Shown in pieces: positions 11,499 through 21,072 of a DNA stretch of 64,000 nucleotides. Origin of the DNA: an uncultured Acidobacteriota bacterium (GTDB lineage: Bacteria; Acidobacteriota; UBA6911); the NCBI GenBank assembly GCA_963843575.1, contig CAWJKZ010000014.1:128001-192000 (forward strand), written 5' to 3'. A program made the translations under genes and the position numbers. The notes beneath the pieces were generated by a model. The model saw only the letters and a program-made list of their open reading frames with translations. It was not told where the DNA came from and made no database searches. The first letter of the stretch is position 1; each line of letters starts with the position of its first letter.

Positions 11499-12986
11499 AT
11501 GAATCCTCAGCTCCTGCATGACCTCCGGCTGTTCTACCCCGAGATGGCCATCACCGCCGCGTTTCTCGTCGTCGTGATCGTGGACATCTCCCCCGCGAGC
11601 ATCCGCAGGGTCGGCACGTTCCTGGTCGCGGCCATCGGGCTGGCCGCCGCCTTCGCGCTCACCATTCCACTGTTCGGCGCGCCCGCCGGGACGTTGTTCT
11701 ACGGCATGGTAGCCCTGGACGGCATGGCGGTCTTCTTCAAAGCTTTCCTGATCCTGACCTCCTTCCTGATCCTGCTGTCGGCGCCGGGATCCCGTGAGCT
11801 CGCCAGGTCGAGCCGCGGCGAGTTCTACGCGCTGCTGCTCGGGGTGACCCTGGGGATGATGCTGCTGGTGTCGGCGGCGGACTTGCTGATGCTCTTCCTG
11901 GCGCTCGAAATGGTGTCGCTCACCAGCTACATCATGGTGGGCTACCTGCGCAACGAACGCCTCTCCAACGAGGCAGCCCTGAAGTACCTCCTGTTTGGCG
12001 TCGTTTGCACCGGCTCCATGCTCTACGGCATCACTCTCCTGTTCGGCTTGACGGGGAGCACCCACATGGCGGCGATCCGGCAGTTCCTGGCCGGAGGCGC
12101 TGGCGCGGGGGGCAACTCGATGATGCTCCTGGTGGCCACGGTCCTGATCCTCGCCGGCTTTGGCTTCAAGACGGCGGCCGTGCCGTTCCACTTCTGGTGC
12201 CCGGACGTCTACAGCGGCGCCCCCACCCCGGTGACCGCCTTCCTGAGCGTGGCCCCGAAGGCGGCCGGGTTCGCGGCCTTGATCCGCTTCTTTTTCACGG
12301 GGCTCCCCCACTCCGCCGATGCCACGAGCCAGATTGCTCAGGGCTCGGTCGACTGGGCCTTCCTCCTCCTGCTGCTGTCGGTTGTCAGCATGACGTTCGG
12401 TAACATCGCGGCCCTGCGCCAGGAGAACATGAAGCGTCTGCTGGCCTACTCGTCGATCGCGCACGCCGGATACATCTTCATGGGCGCCGTGGTGATGTCG
12501 CCCGACGGCCTGCAGTCGATTCTGATCTACCTGGTCACCTACCTGTTCATGAACCTTGGGGCTTTCCTGGTGGTCATCGAAATCTTCAACCGGACCGGCA
12601 GCTTCGAGCTCAGCGCATATCGCGGCTTCTACCGCCGTTCGCCGTTCCTGACGATCGCGATGACCGTCTTCATGCTGTCGCTCATGGGCATCCCGCCCTT
12701 CGCGGGTTTCTTCGGAAAGCTGTTCGTGTTCGCAGCCGCGGTGAACGGCGGCATGGCCTGGTACGCCGTGGTAGGTGCACTGAACAGCGTGGTAGCCGTC
12801 TATTACTATGCACGGGTCATCAAGACCATGATCATCGACGGGGCCGAGGACGAAAGTCGAGTGCAGCTGTCCTGGGCGAACGAAGTCCTGGTGTGGCTCA
12901 TGCTGCTTCCCACGGCGGGGCTGATGATCTTCTGGGACCGCGTCCAGAAGCTGACCGGCGACTCGATGCGCCTCTTCCTCGGGTGA
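11499..12986 (+). CDS. nuoN: NADH-quinone oxidoreductase subunit N
   Basis: EAALKYLLFG, FKTAAVPFHFWCPDVYSGAPTPVTAFLS, KRLLAYSSIAHAGY, LMGIPP..GFFGK. Confidence 0.95.
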   Translation: MNPQLLHDLRLFYPEMAITAAFLVVVIVDISPASIRRVGTFLVAAIGLAAAFALTIPLFGAPAGTLFYGMVALDGMAVFFKAFLILTSFLILLSAPGSRELARSSRGEFYALLLGVTLGMMLLVSAADLLMLFLALEMVSLTSYIMVGYLRNERLSNEAALKYLLFGVVCTGSMLYGITLLFGLTGSTHMAAIRQFLAGGAGAGGNSMMLLVATVLILAGFGFKTAAVPFHFWCPDVYSGAPTPVTAFLSVAPKAAGFAALIRFFFTGLPHSADATSQIAQGSVDWAFLLLLLSVVSMTFGNIAALRQENMKRLLAYSSIAHAGYIFMGAVVMSPDGLQSILIYLVTYLFMNLGAFLVVIEIFNRTGSFELSAYRGFYRRSPFLTIAMTVFMLSLMGIPPFAGFFGKLFVFAAAVNGGMAWYAVVGALNSVVAVYYYARVIKTMIIDGAEDESRVQLSWANEVLVWLMLLPTAGLMIFWDRVQKLTGDSMRLFLG

Positions 12987-13053
12987 TTCCACCGGGTCAA
13001 CGAAACCCGGTTCTGGCGGACCGTACCCCGGCGGCACTGAAGGCGGGCGGGCG

Positions 13054-14418
13054 ATGAAGCCACTGAAATTCGGCATTTCGTGGGTGAGGGGCGTGGTCGG
13101 GGAGACCCTCACGCCGGAGCTGGTGGTCGACTTCGCCTGTGCCTTCGGGACGTTCGTCGAGGGTGCGACGGTGGCGGTCGGCTACGATTCGCGGCCATCG
13201 GCCCCGATGGTGCACGCGGCGGTGCTTGCCGGCCTGCAGTCGTGCGGCTGCCAGGTGATCGACCTCGGGCTGCTTCCCACCCCCGTCATCCAGTTCGTGG
13301 TGCGCTCCCGGCGGCTGGCCGGGGGGATTTCCATCACGGCCAGCCACAACGGCGCCCGCTGGAACGCACTGAAGTTCATCGGGCGCGACGGCATCCTGCT
13401 CAATCCTTTCCAGAGCGAAGAGGTGATGGACATCTACCACCTCGGCGAGTTCCGGAAGTGCGGGTGGGACCGGCTCGGCGGCATCGGGAGCCTCCCCGAC
13501 GCCAGCCGGCGCTACTTTCGCGATCTCGTGGCCAGGCTCGACGCCGGGGCGATCCGGAAGGCCTCTTTTCGAGTGGTGACCGACGCGTGCGCGGGCGCGG
13601 GTGCCGGGCTGGTCAGCACCTTCCTCGAAGAGTTGGGTTGCAGGGTCACGGCCCTGAACGACGTCCCCGACGGGGATTTTCCCCACTCCCCGGAGCCCAA
13701 CCTGCGCAACATGAAGGGGCTCGCCTCGGTGGTCAGGAGCGTCGGGGCCGACATCGGTTTCCTCGTCAACGCCGACGCCGACCGGGTCGGCGTCGTGGCC
13801 GAGGGGGGCGTGGCGCTGAGCGAGGAGTACGTTTTCCCGCTCGTCGCGGATTACCTGCTCGAAACCACGCCGGGTCCGGTCGTCTCGACGCTCTCCACCT
13901 CCCGGATGGTGGAAAGCGCCGCCCGCAGGCACGGACGGCCCGTGGTGCGGGCACGCATCGGTGAAGGCTACGTGGTGCAGCGGGCGTTGCTCGAACGCGC
14001 CGCCGTCGGCGGGGAGGGAAGCGGCGGAGTCCTGGTGCCGCGCTGGAGGCGGTGGTTCGACGGTTTTGCGGTCATCGGCCTCCTCCTGGAATGCCTGGCC
14101 CGCAAGGGCGTTCGGGTTTCCGAACTCGCCGCCCGGCTTCCGCGCCTGCACATGTTGAAGGGGACGGTGCCTAGCTCCGCGGAGCGCGTGTATCCCATCA
14201 TCGAGTCGTTCCGGGCGAAATATCGCGACTGCGCCCCAAATCTCGAGGACGGTGTTCGGGTGGACTGGGAGGACGCCTGGCTCCACGTGCGCGCCAGCAA
14301 CACCGAACCCTTGATCCGGGTGATCGTGGAGGCGGAGGCCGCTGGGCGCGCGCAGGAGCTCTACGAGGGGTGCCTGGACGAGATCCGCCGGATGCAGTCC
14401 GGCCGGGGCAGTGCATGA
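13054..14418 (+). CDS. alpha-D-phosphohexomutase (PGM/PMM/GlmM family), paralog 1
   Basis: ITASHN phosphoserine loop, NADADR metal loop, GGEGSGG, VRASNTEPLIRV. Confidence 0.9.
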   Translation: MKPLKFGISWVRGVVGETLTPELVVDFACAFGTFVEGATVAVGYDSRPSAPMVHAAVLAGLQSCGCQVIDLGLLPTPVIQFVVRSRRLAGGISITASHNGARWNALKFIGRDGILLNPFQSEEVMDIYHLGEFRKCGWDRLGGIGSLPDASRRYFRDLVARLDAGAIRKASFRVVTDACAGAGAGLVSTFLEELGCRVTALNDVPDGDFPHSPEPNLRNMKGLASVVRSVGADIGFLVNADADRVGVVAEGGVALSEEYVFPLVADYLLETTPGPVVSTLSTSRMVESAARRHGRPVVRARIGEGYVVQRALLERAAVGGEGSGGVLVPRWRRWFDGFAVIGLLLECLARKGVRVSELAARLPRLHMLKGTVPSSAERVYPIIESFRAKYRDCAPNLEDGVRVDWEDAWLHVRASNTEPLIRVIVEAEAAGRAQELYEGCLDEIRRMQSGRGSA

Positions 14419-15770
14419 CGCGCATACAGTCGTTAAAGATCAGCATCTCCGGGGTCCGAGGCATCGTGGGAGAAACCCTGACCCCGCAGCTCCTCACCGC
14501 GTTCGCGGGGGCGTTCGGCACTTATCTGGGTCGCGGCCCGATCCTGGTCGGGCGCGATACCCGGAAATCCGGGGAGATGGTGCGCAACGCCGTGTACGCC
14601 GGCCTGCTGTCGGCCGGGTGCGAGCCCGTCGACCTGGGCGTCTGCCCGGTACCGTCCATACAGATTCGCACTGCGGCCGTGCGGGCCCGCGGTGCCATCG
14701 CGATCACCGCCAGCCACAACCCCGTCGAGTGGAACGCGCTGAAGTTCGTCGGCTCCCGGGGTCTCTTCCTCAACGCACACCAGGCGGAGGAGCTCCTGGA
14801 CATCTACCACCAGCGGGACTTCACCCAGGTCCCTTCAGGCGAAATCAGGCGCGCCCGCACCGACGATCGGGCCGTCGCAACCCACCTGGAACGGTTGATG
14901 GCGTCCCTGGACGCCCGTGCCATCCGCCGTGCCGGCTTGAAGGTGGCGCTCGATTCGTGCAACGGGGCGGGGAGCGTGGCGGCGCCCCGTTTTCTCCGCG
15001 ACCTGGGATGCCGCCTTTTCCCCATCCACACCGACCCCGACGGCGGTTTCCCGCGCAACCCGGAGCCCGTGCCGGAAAACCTGGGCGATCTGGCGGCGGC
15101 GGTGCGCCGGCACCACGCGGACATCGGGTTTGCGCAGGACGCGGACGCCGACCGGCTCGCCGTCGTCGACGCTGGGGGCAACCCCATCGGCGAAGACTAC
15201 ACGCTCGCCCTCGCCTGCCTGTTTGTCCTGCGCCGCACCCCCGGCACCGTCGTCACCAATCTGTCGACCACACGTGCGGTCGACGACATAGCGGCCGCGC
15301 ACCATTGTCCCGTGATCCGCACCAGGATCGGCGAGATCAACGTCGTCGAGGAGATGATACAAACCGACGCCGTCGTCGGCGGCGAAGGGAACGGAGGCGT
15401 CATACTGCCGCGTGTGCACCATTGCCGGGACAGCATGGGCGGCATGGGCACGATCCTCCAGCTGATGGCGGAAACCCGGAAATCCCTGCGCCAGATACTC
15501 GACGACCTGCCCAGGTACGTCATGGTGAAGGAAAAGACGGCATTCCCGCCCGAGCAGGTGCCTCTGCTGCTCGACCGTCTGCGGCGTGAGTTCCCCGGTG
15601 CCCAGGCCAACACCCTGGACGGGCTGAAGCTCTCCTGGGCCGGGGAATGGCTTCACGTCCGCTCGTCGAACACCGAACCCGTGCTGCGCATCGTGGCCGA
15701 AGCGCGCTCGGCCCGGCGCGCCCGGGCGCTGGTGCACCGCACCCAGGCGCTCGTCACGGAGCTCAAATGA
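14415..15770 (+). CDS. alpha-D-phosphohexomutase (PGM/PMM/GlmM family), paralog 2
   Basis: SISGVRG, ITASHNP, DADADR, GGEGNGG, VRSSNTEPVLR; ATGA overlap with paralog 1. Confidence 0.93.
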   Translation: MTRIQSLKISISGVRGIVGETLTPQLLTAFAGAFGTYLGRGPILVGRDTRKSGEMVRNAVYAGLLSAGCEPVDLGVCPVPSIQIRTAAVRARGAIAITASHNPVEWNALKFVGSRGLFLNAHQAEELLDIYHQRDFTQVPSGEIRRARTDDRAVATHLERLMASLDARAIRRAGLKVALDSCNGAGSVAAPRFLRDLGCRLFPIHTDPDGGFPRNPEPVPENLGDLAAAVRRHHADIGFAQDADADRLAVVDAGGNPIGEDYTLALACLFVLRRTPGTVVTNLSTTRAVDDIAAAHHCPVIRTRIGEINVVEEMIQTDAVVGGEGNGGVILPRVHHCRDSMGGMGTILQLMAETRKSLRQILDDLPRYVMVKEKTAFPPEQVPLLLDRLRREFPGAQANTLDGLKLSWAGEWLHVRSSNTEPVLRIVAEARSARRARALVHRTQALVTELK

Positions 15771-18394
15771 CGATCCGGCGGCCGGTGCGTCTGCTGGCGA
15801 CGGCAGTCATGGCGGCCCTGCTGGGATGCGCGTGCACGGTCGCCGCCCGCGCTCAGGCCCAGGCGTCTCCCGCACCCCCGCCTCCTCCGGACGTCCCCAG
15901 GTTTTCGGTTCTCGAGAGCCCCATCGAACTCTCCCGCGCCGTGCGGCGCGGAAAATACCTGGACTCGGCTGGGCGCCGCGCCGTCCTCATGGCGCGCGAG
16001 GAGGGCACGTTCGAATCGTGGGTTTACCCGATGAAGATCGTCCGCGACATGCGGATGACGTTCAATGTGGAGGGTTACTCCTACCCGCTCGATGCCCGGG
16101 ACCTGGCCGAGTGGGTGACGGTGCGGCCGGAGTGTTCGACCATCACCTATGCCCACCCAGCATTCGTGGTCCGGGCCAACCTGTTGACTCCCGTCGAAGA
16201 GCCCGGCAGCCTCATCCTCCTCGAGGTGGACGCAAACCGCAAACTGTCCATCACGGTGAGTTTTGTAATCGACCTGGTCCCCATGTGGCCCGCCGGGCTG
16301 GGAGGCCAGTACAGTTACTGGGATGAAGGCGCCCGGGCCTTCGTCCTCAGTGAGAGCACGCGCAGGCACTCGGCGCTCGTGGGCTCGCCTGCGGCAACCC
16401 GCTATTCGGCGCAGCCGGCCCACAATCTCCCGGACTCGCCGACGCAGTTTCACATCGACGTCGACCCCGGTTACGCCCGCCGCAACTTCATCCCGATCGC
16501 CATCGCCGCGGGCCTGGACAACGCGGCGAAAGTGCGTGAGAGCTATGTCGGACTGCTTGCGCGGGCTGGAGCACTTTATCGCGCAAACGTCGAACATTTC
16601 TCCCGCCTGAGGGAGGATCGCCTCACGCTGCGCTCGGGGGATCCCGACCTGGACCGGGCCGTGCAGTGGGCCAAGGTGTCGCTCGACACCGGCTTCGTCT
16701 GCAATCCGCAGCTCGGGTGCGGGCAGATCGCCGGCCTCGGCCCCTCGGGCACGAGCGCCCGTCCGGGTTTCGGATGGTTCTTCGGCGGGGACACCTTCAT
16801 CAACTCCTTCGCCGTCGCCTCGCTCGGCGATTTTGCGACCCTGCGCCAGGAACTGGTATTCCTAAGGGGTAACCAGCGCGCGGACGGCAAGATGATGCAC
16901 GAGCTGTCGCAGGCCGGGGCGATGATCCCGTGGTTCACTCAATTCCCATATGCGTACTATCACGGCGATACCACCCCCCTTTACCTGGTGGCGGTGGAGA
17001 ACTACCTGGAACACTCCGGCGATCTCGGATTCGTCCGCGAGTCCTGGGATTCCCTCCGGAGGGCCTACCAGTTTTGCCTTTCCACCGACGGCGACGGCGA
17101 CGGGCTGATGGAGAACGCAAAGGCCGGCCTGGCGGCCGTCGAAACCGGCGCTCTGCTCGACCGCACCTCGATCGATGTCTACCTCGCGGGCCTGAGCGCC
17201 GCCGCCCACCAGGCGATGTCGCGCCTGGCGTCGGCTATCGGCGACACAGACCTTGCTGGCCGCGCGGGGACAGCTCACGAGAAGGCCCGGGCAAGCCTGA
17301 ACGGCAAATTCTGGAATCCTGCGCGTGAAGTCCTGTCCTTCGCCCTTACGGAAAAGGGGGGGCGCAGCGACGAGGTCACGATCTGGCCCGCCATCCCGAT
17401 CGCCCTCGGGCAGATCCAGCCCGACACCGCCAGATCCATGCTGGAAAAGCTGGCGGATGCTTCGGTGAGCACCGACTGGGGTGGCCGTATGCTGAGCAGC
17501 CAAAGCCAGGTTTACGACCCGATCAGCTATAACAACGGTTCCGTCTGGCCGTTTCTGACGGGACTGCTCGGTTGGGCCGAGTACCGGATGCACCGCCCCG
17601 CCGCTGGTTTCAGCCGATGGATGCAAAACGCCAGGTTGACGTACGCACACGCCCTCGGGTTCCTACCGGAACTTCTCTCCGGCGATTTCTTCCAGGCGCT
17701 CGATACCGCGGTGCCCCACCAACTCTTCTCGTCCGGTGGCGTGATCACCCCGCTGGTCAAGGGCATGCTCGGCTACTACCCTTCGGTCCCGCAAAAGATC
17801 ATTCGCCTGGAACCGCATTTCCCGGCCCGCTGGAAGGAGGCGGAGGTGCGCAACCTGAGGGCAGGGGACGGCACACTGGCGCTTTCGGTGAGCCGTGGAG
17901 CCGGCGAAGCGACCTTCCGGCTGCACTCCGAGGGACTCTCGGGCTTCCGCCTGGAGTTCGCGCCTGGATTCGAGTCGGGGGCGGCGGTCCGGCGCGTGAT
18001 CGTGAACGGGAAAGCCGCGGCCTGCAAAGTCACTTCAGCGGAAGACGTGCACTGCCCCGTTATCCTCGACCTCACCGGGCACGATGAGGTGCGCTACGAA
18101 CTCGTTCCCGGATTGCGGCTGGAGGAGCCGTCCGCTGCCCCGGCTCCGGGGGACCGAACCTCGGCCGTGAAGATCATCCGGGTGAGTTATGAGTCGGGCT
18201 CAGGCCTGTACTCGCTCGTCCTGCAAGGTCGGGGTGGGCGCACCTACAAACTGCGGGTAGCGACACCCGGCAAGCCTGTCTCCGTCCAGGGCGCGGCCTG
18301 GAGCGGCACCGAAAACGACGGGACCCTCGCCGTCGAGTTTCCCCCGGCCGCGACCGAATACGTGTCGCGCACAGTCAACATCCGGATGCGCTGA
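15767..18394 (+). CDS. secreted (alpha/alpha)6 glycoside hydrolase, glycogen-debranching / amylo-1,6-glucosidase C-terminal-like
   Basis: N-terminal signal peptide; WFFGGD, DTTPLY, DGDGDGL, YNNGSVWP, PELLSG motifs; ATGA overlap with the upstream gene. Confidence 0.75.
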   Translation: MTIRRPVRLLATAVMAALLGCACTVAARAQAQASPAPPPPPDVPRFSVLESPIELSRAVRRGKYLDSAGRRAVLMAREEGTFESWVYPMKIVRDMRMTFNVEGYSYPLDARDLAEWVTVRPECSTITYAHPAFVVRANLLTPVEEPGSLILLEVDANRKLSITVSFVIDLVPMWPAGLGGQYSYWDEGARAFVLSESTRRHSALVGSPAATRYSAQPAHNLPDSPTQFHIDVDPGYARRNFIPIAIAAGLDNAAKVRESYVGLLARAGALYRANVEHFSRLREDRLTLRSGDPDLDRAVQWAKVSLDTGFVCNPQLGCGQIAGLGPSGTSARPGFGWFFGGDTFINSFAVASLGDFATLRQELVFLRGNQRADGKMMHELSQAGAMIPWFTQFPYAYYHGDTTPLYLVAVENYLEHSGDLGFVRESWDSLRRAYQFCLSTDGDGDGLMENAKAGLAAVETGALLDRTSIDVYLAGLSAAAHQAMSRLASAIGDTDLAGRAGTAHEKARASLNGKFWNPAREVLSFALTEKGGRSDEVTIWPAIPIALGQIQPDTARSMLEKLADASVSTDWGGRMLSSQSQVYDPISYNNGSVWPFLTGLLGWAEYRMHRPAAGFSRWMQNARLTYAHALGFLPELLSGDFFQALDTAVPHQLFSSGGVITPLVKGMLGYYPSVPQKIIRLEPHFPARWKEAEVRNLRAGDGTLALSVSRGAGEATFRLHSEGLSGFRLEFAPGFESGAAVRRVIVNGKAAACKVTSAEDVHCPVILDLTGHDEVRYELVPGLRLEEPSAAPAPGDRTSAVKIIRVSYESGSGLYSLVLQGRGGRTYKLRVATPGKPVSVQGAAWSGTENDGTLAVEFPPAATEYVSRTVNIRMR

Positions 18395-18396
18395 AG

Positions 18397-19443
18397 TCAA
18401 TCGGGTATGTAGCGGCCGGTGTGCAGGTAGTTCATCACCACCGTCGTGCCGAGGGCAGTGACCGAGGCGAGGCGATAGGACTCCTCCTCCACCGGCAGGT
18501 TCAGCTGCAGTTCGCGGCAGCGCTGGAAAAACTTCAAGATGACGGGGGCCACCACCTTCTCCCGCGCCCCGGTCCATGCCGAAATCGTTTCGATCAGGAA
18601 GCGGCGGTTCTTGCGGATGAGATCCTTGGCCGCGACGTACCTCCTGTGGCCGTTGGAAGTCAGGGGGAAGATCGTGCGCAGGTCGTGGTCATAGATGCCG
18701 AGCGCCTTGTCCTTGAAATTGTCGATGTCTTCGCCGTAGTACTCAATGAGGGTGTAAGTCTTGCCGCTGTACGGCGAATCCAGGGGGCCCGTGACGACGT
18801 GGGGCTTTTTGCCGCGCAGCTGGCGCATGACGCTATCGACGTATTCCAGTTTCTTGAGCGACGGCCAGTTGCGGTAGGCGACCCGCCAGTTGGAGCGGGG
18901 TGTCAGCCAGACCGCGAAAGTCTCGGCGAAGTCCTCGTCGGGATGAGCCTGCGCGTAGTACTTCGGCTCACCCTGGCTCCGGACGTAGTTGCGGCTAAAC
19001 GGATTAAACTTAAACTTGAAGTTTGCCGGATAAGTCTTCTCAAAATCGCCAAAATATTCCTTCCATTCCGGTGCGGCAAACAGTTCGTAGGCGTAGTTGA
19101 TCGCGTGCCCCGTTTCGTGCCGCAGAAGGAACATCAGGTCCCGGCGGTCGTAGGTCGTATAGCCCATCTCGCGCTCGATGCGGACCAGCCGGTTGTCGGC
19201 CAGGTGGAACGGGATGCCCATGATCGGGACGCGGTTGGGGCAACCCCACTCGTCGCCGCCGCAGGTAAAGTAATAGCGGGGTCGAAACTGGAGCTTCTTA
19301 GAGGCCAGTTCGCTATAAAGCTTCTGGATGCAGCGATTTAATAGGGTATCATCGAACTTGAGCTGGAGGTTGCAGATCGGAGTGTTCAGCAGCGCGTAGC
19401 GCTCTGTCTCCCAGTTGTCGGCATACTGAAGCAGCGCTTCCAT
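18397..19443 (-). CDS. putative zinc-binding metallopeptidase
   Basis: HExxH motif (LRHETGH) plus YAQAHPDEDFAETFAVW. Confidence 0.8.
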   Translation of the reverse strand: MEALLQYADNWETERYALLNTPICNLQLKFDDTLLNRCIQKLYSELASKKLQFRPRYYFTCGGDEWGCPNRVPIMGIPFHLADNRLVRIEREMGYTTYDRRDLMFLLRHETGHAINYAYELFAAPEWKEYFGDFEKTYPANFKFKFNPFSRNYVRSQGEPKYYAQAHPDEDFAETFAVWLTPRSNWRVAYRNWPSLKKLEYVDSVMRQLRGKKPHVVTGPLDSPYSGKTYTLIEYYGEDIDNFKDKALGIYDHDLRTIFPLTSNGHRRYVAAKDLIRKNRRFLIETISAWTGAREKVVAPVILKFFQRCRELQLNLPVEEESYRLASVTALGTTVVMNYLHTGRYIPD

Positions 19444-19655
19444 AATTTCTGCCCGGCAGAGCACACCAAACCGTCTCTAAGTAATTAATAAATAAAGACT
19501 TGCTTCCATGCTGGAGCTGGGGCCCTGCCAGGCCGAAGAAATTATAGAGAAAACCGCTCCCCATTTCCACCCTTTGACGCAGCACCTAGGGCGGCCCTTG
19601 AAGGGCGGCCCGGGGAAGGTCCTGCAAACCTGCGTCTTGCGCAGCCGACTCTGTC

Positions 19656-20018
19656 TCACGGGGTGCCGCTGATTTTTGGTGGTTCCGGGGAAACGGGGGG
19701 GTTTTCAGGGCTTGCGATGCGGATTTCAGTGGCGTTGCCGTCGATATCGATGCCCATCTTGGCGGTCTTCTTTGCGTCGAATTTGACATTGATGACGCTG
19801 TACTGGGAGAGAGAGGAAAATTCCGCTGGTTTGCCATCGACGGTGATCTTGGCGGTTGCCGCGTCGAGCACGAATTTCGTCTTGTCGGGTATCTGGGAAA
19901 TGAGGATGAGTTTGCTGGTGCCGGAGACGGACAGTAGCCGGTACTTTCCCGCTTCGACTGCGGTCGCGGGACCGCGGGCAAGGGCAATCATGACGAGTAC
20001 GAGGGCGACCTTTTTCAT
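19656..20018 (-). CDS. small exported hypothetical protein
   Basis: MKKVALVLVMIALA signal peptide followed by about 100 aa of beta-rich sequence; fills the intergenic gap. Confidence 0.65.
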   Translation of the reverse strand: MKKVALVLVMIALARGPATAVEAGKYRLLSVSGTSKLILISQIPDKTKFVLDAATAKITVDGKPAEFSSLSQYSVINVKFDAKKTAKMGIDIDGNATEIRIASPENPPVSPEPPKISGTP

Positions 20019-20148
20019 CCGCATACATTTTATGCACGCTGTGACGTCTTTAACAAGGCGAAAACTGGGTGCGGCGGAAGGCGCATCATATTCTCTGAAC
20101 GATCCGCGCGTAACACTCGTACTAGGAACCAAACAGGGGAGGGACCGC

Positions 20149-21072
20149 TTGATCATCGATCTCGAGAACATCACGGTCCGGTTCGGCCGCCAGCGCGTCC
20201 TCGAGGGTGTGGGGATGCAGTTTGGCGGGGGCTCGATGGGGCTTCTGGGGCCGAACGGCGCGGGCAAGAGCACGCTGCTGAAGACCCTGCTCGGGTTCAT
20301 CACGCCCGTGACCGGGCGGGGCAGAGTCCTCGGGCACGATCTACGCACCGAGCAGCTTGCGATACGCCAGAAGGTCGGATACATGCCGGAGAACGACTGT
20401 CACATCCCCGGGATGAACGCGGTGTCGTTCGTCTCGTATGCCGGGCAGCTGTCGGGGATGAGGTCGAAGGATGCCATGCAGAGAGCCCACGAGATCCTCT
20501 ACTACGTGGGGCTCGGGGAGGCACGCTACCGGAATGTGGAAACCTATTCGACGGGCATGAAGCAGAGGATCAAGCTCGCCCAGGCGCTGGTTCACGACCC
20601 GGAACTGCTGTTGCTGGACGAGCCGACCAACGGTCTGGATCCCAAGGGTCGGATCGAGATGCTCGAACTCGTGCGCGACATCTCCACGTCAAAGGGGATC
20701 CATGTAGTGCTTTCCTCGCACCTCCTCCCCGACGTCGAGTGGGTGTGCCGTGAGGCCATGGTCCTGCATCAGGGGAAACGACTGGCCTCGGGCGCAATCG
20801 AAGAGCTGAAGCTCGGTGCGGGCGCGGTCTTCGAATGCAGGGTGAAGGGAAACGTGCAGTCCTTTGTGGATGAGCTGACGATGCTCGGCTGCAAGTGCAC
20901 ACCGGGCGAAGATGGCATGCTTCACGTGGGGATGGTGGATGGACTCGGCAGCCAGAGTCTGCTGCGCGTCGCGCGCGACCACCACGTCCAGATCCGCCAC
21001 CTGGTTCCGTTAAGGCAGTCGCTCGAAGACGTTTTCCTGCAGGTGATCGGAGAATCCAATGCCCATTCATGA
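20149..21072 (+). CDS. ABC exporter ATP-binding protein
   Basis: TTG start after GGGAGG; GPNGAGKST, YSTGMKQR, LLLDEP, SSH. Confidence 0.93.
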   Translation: MIIDLENITVRFGRQRVLEGVGMQFGGGSMGLLGPNGAGKSTLLKTLLGFITPVTGRGRVLGHDLRTEQLAIRQKVGYMPENDCHIPGMNAVSFVSYAGQLSGMRSKDAMQRAHEILYYVGLGEARYRNVETYSTGMKQRIKLAQALVHDPELLLLDEPTNGLDPKGRIEMLELVRDISTSKGIHVVLSSHLLPDVEWVCREAMVLHQGKRLASGAIEELKLGAGAVFECRVKGNVQSFVDELTMLGCKCTPGEDGMLHVGMVDGLGSQSLLRVARDHHVQIRHLVPLRQSLEDVFLQVIGESNAHS

